Shown: positions 49,340 through 64,000 of the stretch, piece by piece
Layout: every line of letters starts with the position of its first letter
Position numbering within the stretch: position 1 is the stretch's first letter
The notes under the pieces: model-generated
The model's input: the letters and a program-made list of their open reading frames with translations, nothing else
The model's database searches: none
Told to the model about the DNA's origin: nothing
NCBI RefSeq assembly: GCF_000315625.1
Contig: NW_005434652.1
Location: 364,384-428,383, forward strand
DNA: 64,000 nucleotides
DNA from: Guillardia theta CCMP2712
Taxonomy: Eukaryota > Protista > Cryptophyta
Direction: 5' to 3'
Translations under genes and position numbers: made by a program

Positions 49340-52300
49340 TTACTGAATGGTTGATCCTGCGAAGGATATTCTCCTTTCCTTGCCTCGGATCTGCCTCTGC
49401 AGCATGGTCTGCTGGAGGTTTAGCTCATTAATCTTTTCCTCCTTGTATTTTTCGAGGACTTGCACGTAAGATCTCTCAGCGAAGAACAGCACGAGGATGA
49501 GAGAAACCAGGAACCAGGCGAGCAGCGGAGTCTGAACAGCCTGGAGTAGGGGAGAGAAGAACAAGTTTGACTGTATGTCGGCGGCAACAACAGAGGCAGG
49601 AGAAGATGAGTAGAAGAGATAGTTGGTAGATGCCGACTCTGCAACGCTATTTGTCTTGAGGGCATCTGAGAGGCAGGTGGAGGCTGTGATGTTGACTGCG
49701 AAGCAAGCGCCGCTCGTTCCATTGCCAGAAGCGACAAGCTCTGTAAGCCTACAGCACAGCAGATCCGATGTGCTCGAGGAGAAAATGAACCATACGTAGT
49801 AGAACCAGCCAAGGAAGAGAAACAAGGTGAAGGAGTAGAAGAGGGCGAAGTAGACTCCCCCATCCTTGACGTCAAAGGGTCTGACCGGCTTTGCGTTGTA
49901 GTTGAAGAGGATGTAAGAGTCAACCTGGAACTGCAGGAACCAAAGAATGAATCCAATGAAAATGGCAAAGGGAAAGTGGGGCAGCGAGAGCCAGAGGAAG
50001 ATTTGTTGATACAGCACTTTGATGATCTGGGCCGAAGGTCGAAACTCGTCCTTGGCCTGAGGAAGCATCAGCACACGGAGGGTTTGGACAAGAGCGGAGG
50101 AGCGAGGAAGAGCAAGGAACAGTGGATTTGAGAGAGACCAGGCTGGGTTTGTTGAGGATCTTGGTGTACAGGAAGTGGAATCCAACTGCGAATCCATATG
50201 CAGTAGCCATGTTGATGATAACGTCCGTGTAGAATAGCGCAAAGAAAGTCGAGCCAGCCTGTAAGTCTTGTCGTCACTCCCTGCGATACGAAGGCAACAG
50301 CAGCCATCACCTGATCTTCGCATGTCAGGTAAGAACAGCTACGGAGGAGGACGCGCTGGAGGCCAAGGTTGTCTGCTCCATGGAAGAGGATGAAAACGAG
50401 CGCGACCTGGACGTCTAAAGGTGAGGGGAGGAGAAGAACTCAACGGGCCTGCCTGGATCAGCGCGTTCAGGATCTTTGCGGCGTAGAGTCGGGAGACTCT
50501 CATCTTGAGCACGAAGGCAGGGTCGTCCCACTCCTCGAAGTCAACGCAGAAATCGACCACCTGTGGCATGATGCCGTTGACAGCAGAGGGGATGATGTTG
50601 GGCACAAGGGCGAGGAGCTGGCCGGTGAGACCGGAGGAGTTGTTAACTCTCCCTGTGAAGAGGATGAACTTTGAGACAATTATGGTGGACCATCCTCCAG
50701 CCAGCGCGATGAAGTTGAAGAAGAGTGAAACGCTCCTCTTGACATACAGCCTCGTCCACTCCTGTTGGCTCCTGTTGCGAATCCTGTCGGCGAGCTCGTC
50801 CTCGAACTTGAGAATTCGAAAATTCTGAGAGATAGCATCTTTCATGTCCTGAGCTGCCGAATCGTCTGCAATGGCCCAGTCCCATGCCGTGAAAGCAAGT
50901 TTCGCATATCGCTGCGGCTCCTTCCCCCAGTTTTGTACTTCGATGTCAAACATCTTGCCGTATTCCACGGTGACCTTGTAGCTTGCCAAGAGAACGATCG
51001 ATCCTGCGTGCTCAGATGAGAGGATTTCACTCCGTCACCCTCAATCTCACCAACAGAAGCGAACAGAAAGGATGCATAGATAGTGGACATGCTTGTGTCG
51101 ACAGTAGAGAAGAAGAAGAATTGCGGGTAGATCGAAATCTGCGAAAGAAATGGTCAGCGGGGTTCTCAGCCAACACCATCTACTGTTTCACCCTCTTCCA
51201 TTTTCAAATCCCCCCTCCCTTCCCGTCCGCTATCCCCCCCGGCCTCCCCGGCCCCCCCCCGCTCCCACATTCGCGTCTCACCCTCCTCTCCCCTCCCTCC
51301 TCCCCCTTCCCCCTTCCCAACACCAACTCCTCACAACTTCCCTCCCTCTTCGAAGGACGAAGGCCTACCATTTTGAAACTGCGGGTGCTCAAGTATCTGA
51401 TGAAGTGGAATATGAAGACGAAGAGCCAAAGGAGGATCACAGTCCACATGGTCGTTTGCAAGATCCAACGGTAGAACCAGAAGTAGAGAGAGACACCGGA
51501 CCCGAACCTGCGTAAACTATCCTTCACACGAGCTCATCTACTGCCATCTTCTCCTGCTTCTGCTACCCCCCTTGACATCCTCCTCAACCCCGCCTCCCAC
51601 ACTTCTCCTCCCTCCTTTCCCTATCTTCTCCATCCTCTCCTCACCTGCTCTCTGCTGCACGTGATTGTCTGTACAATATGTCATGCTGTCTTAGAGAAGT
51701 CTTGAAAGCTCGCAGTCGAATCCTCAGCAACTTCATGATCCCGAGTGCTGTGGACTGCGTCATATCGTCCTCCTGTTCATACTCGAGTCCGAGCTCCATC
51801 GCCCTGCGCCTTGCTTCCTCTCTCTTGATGCGAGCTTCCACCTCCCTGAACTTCTTCTCCTCTGCAGCATTCGATGCCTTCACAAGCCCTCGCTCCTACA
51901 CTCATATCACATTCGTGCTCTAGAGGATGGCATGTTACCTGTGTCTGCACGTTCCAATCCTCGAGCCGCTCCTCCAGCTCAACTTTGTCTGTCCGAAGCC
52001 TCTTCAGCTGCTTCTTCAGCTTCTGGTTGATCTCCTCCTGTCTTTCAATGAGTTCCCCACCGAACCGTAACGGAGACGAGGACCTGTTCAGCAAGCTCCT
52101 TTGCCAGCGTGGAGACAGCTGCATCAACGCGGCTAAGGCGCTTCTCCACATCCTGCAGGTCAAGGCGATTCTGATTGCGACGAGCATCTTTCTCTGTCCC
52201 GAACCTCGCGCCATCGTCATCGGGGATGTCGTCCTCTACCACCGTCTTGAACTCAACGGGAGGAACGAAGGACTTCTTCTTCTCCTCGCTCGCGTCTTTT

Positions 52301-52620
52301 TTCCACAGCTCATCATAGTTCCCACCCAGGTCGTCCTCAACTGCTTCCTGAAACTCTTCCAGGGGGATGAAGGAGCCGAACTTGGGCTCAATCAGCTGCA
52401 GGTCGGGAGCTGATTCCTCCACAAACTCGGTTTCGGAAGAGCTCACTTGACCGGGGATGATATTCGTGAGCTTCTCTTCTCCAGAATCCTCGAGGAAGGG
52501 AGCTCCTCTAAGCCTCAGAGAGCCGCCTTGTCCTCGAGAGGTGGCAGCATGAGGGCCCGACCATACCTCGGGCTCCTCAATCTCCACAAACTCATTCAGA
52601 TTCACGTTCCTGCCCTCCAT
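49340..52620 (-). CDS. TMC (transmembrane channel-like) family protein
   Basis: RFGSGVSLYFWFYRW, KLAFTAWDWAI, FEEWDDP..KMRVSRLY, and KDEFRPSAQIIKVLYQQIFLWL..FPF..AKPVRPF, following the TMC motif order. Confidence 0.85.
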
Positions 52621-52834
52621 CGCTGGAGCGTCGCTAGCTCATATCAGCTCCTCTGGTCCCCCTCATGTTGTCGGTGCATGCCCCTCCCCCTCCCTCCCCC
52701 TCCCTCCCCCTCCCTCCCCCTCCTCCCCAGCTCCGGCGCGATCCAGCATCAACCGACGGTCCAGCGCGCGGCAGCATCGCAATGCTACCCAATCTTCAAG
52801 GTTTTACTCAAAGTTCAAGGCGGGCAACTGATTG

Positions 52835-52876
52835 TAACGGTTTAAAACGGTTTAATTCGTAACGGTAGATAACGGT
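52835..52876 (+). promoter_or_regulatory. Cluster of four AACGGT (MYB/MSA-like) sites
   Basis: AACGG starts at 52836, 52846, 52861 and 52871, about 40-80 nt upstream of the SERF ATG. Confidence 0.6.
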
Positions 52877-52914
52877 TGAGAAACAATCGATTCCTTCCTC
52901 AAGTTCCATCGGCG

Positions 52915-53461
52915 ATGACGCGTGAGTGCGGCATGCGGACGCGGGAGGAGGGGGAAGAGGAGGAGGAGGAGGAGGAGGAGGAGGAGGAGGATGGAGACGT
53001 ACATGGCAAGATAGGTGGAGGAGGATCATCATTAGGCGATGCGGATGCAAGGAGTGTTAGAGGCGATCAGATGGCGATGGCCTGGTAAAATGGGGTTCGA
53101 AAACTTGGGGACTGCGCTGCAGAGGGGAGGGAGGCAGCGCCTCTTGATCACCTGTTCAGCATGTGGCTTCCTGCGTGACTGACGTGTTCCTGTAGGAGGA
53201 AATCAGAGAGACATCGACAGGGCGCGCGCACAAGCGAGGTGATGGTTCGTGCGTGGAAGATTGATGGTTTGAAAGGATTTATTCAGGGCCGCCAAGAACG
53301 GAGGAGGAGGCAAGAAGGACGATGGCCTGACTCCCCAGCAGCGCAAAGAAAGGTGCTATGAGTATACCCCTTCCCCGGCCCATGTCGTTAATATGATGTA
53401 CAGGGATGCGGCGGCCCTTGCGGAGAAAATTAAGAAGAAGCAAGAGGCATCGGGCAACTAG
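52915..53461 (+). CDS. SERF: Small EDRK-rich factor (SERF/4F5 family), 57 aa, 4 exons
   Basis: Spliced MTR|GNQRDIDRARAQAR|AAKNGGGGKKDDGLTPQQRKER|DAAALAEKIKKKQEASGN*. Confidence 0.92.
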
Positions 53462-53606
53462 CATTGGCTTTGAACAGGACAAGAACTGTACAGTAACCCT
53501 CACGAGAGACATAAACATAATGATTTGAAGCCAATGAAGCCAATAAAGAAAACATGATGATGATGATGATGAGGAGGAGGAGGAGGAGGAGGAGGAAAGA
53601 AGTGAA

Positions 53607-64000
<10,394 letters not shown>

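Overview
Intron-rich eukaryotic nuclear DNA. Most introns are about 40-55 nt GT-AG with CTGAC/CTAAC-like branch points, and some are expanded by microsatellites. Together with a bipartite S-S-A/F plastid presequence, this suggests a cryptophyte alga (inference). About 20 genes can be supported, many missed or fragmented in the ORF track because of splicing: MTR4-type helicase, a possible flagellar protein, a PDZ protein, TMEM50/Vps68, a MORN protein, a Myb/SANT-like coiled-coil protein, MOCS2A (MoaD) and MOCS2B (MoaE), a bHLH-PAS factor, a SAM/Zn-ribbon protein, a GT41 O-GlcNAc-transferase-like protein, plastid threonine dehydratase, a RING-H2 ligase, a coiled-coil/FHA protein, a TMC channel, SERF and a very large PI4KIIIalpha-like gene. 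Top findings: (1) an apparently bicistronic moaD-moaE transcription unit with a predicted intron between the cistrons, leaving a 20-nt spacer; (2) a PI4KA/STT4-like protein whose catalytic motifs are all degenerate (candidate pseudokinase). Also notable are a scrambled duplication mosaic next to an assembly gap, two convergent genes with interlocked stop codons, and distinctive intergenic islands. All gene models were spliced by eye and no database searches were run.
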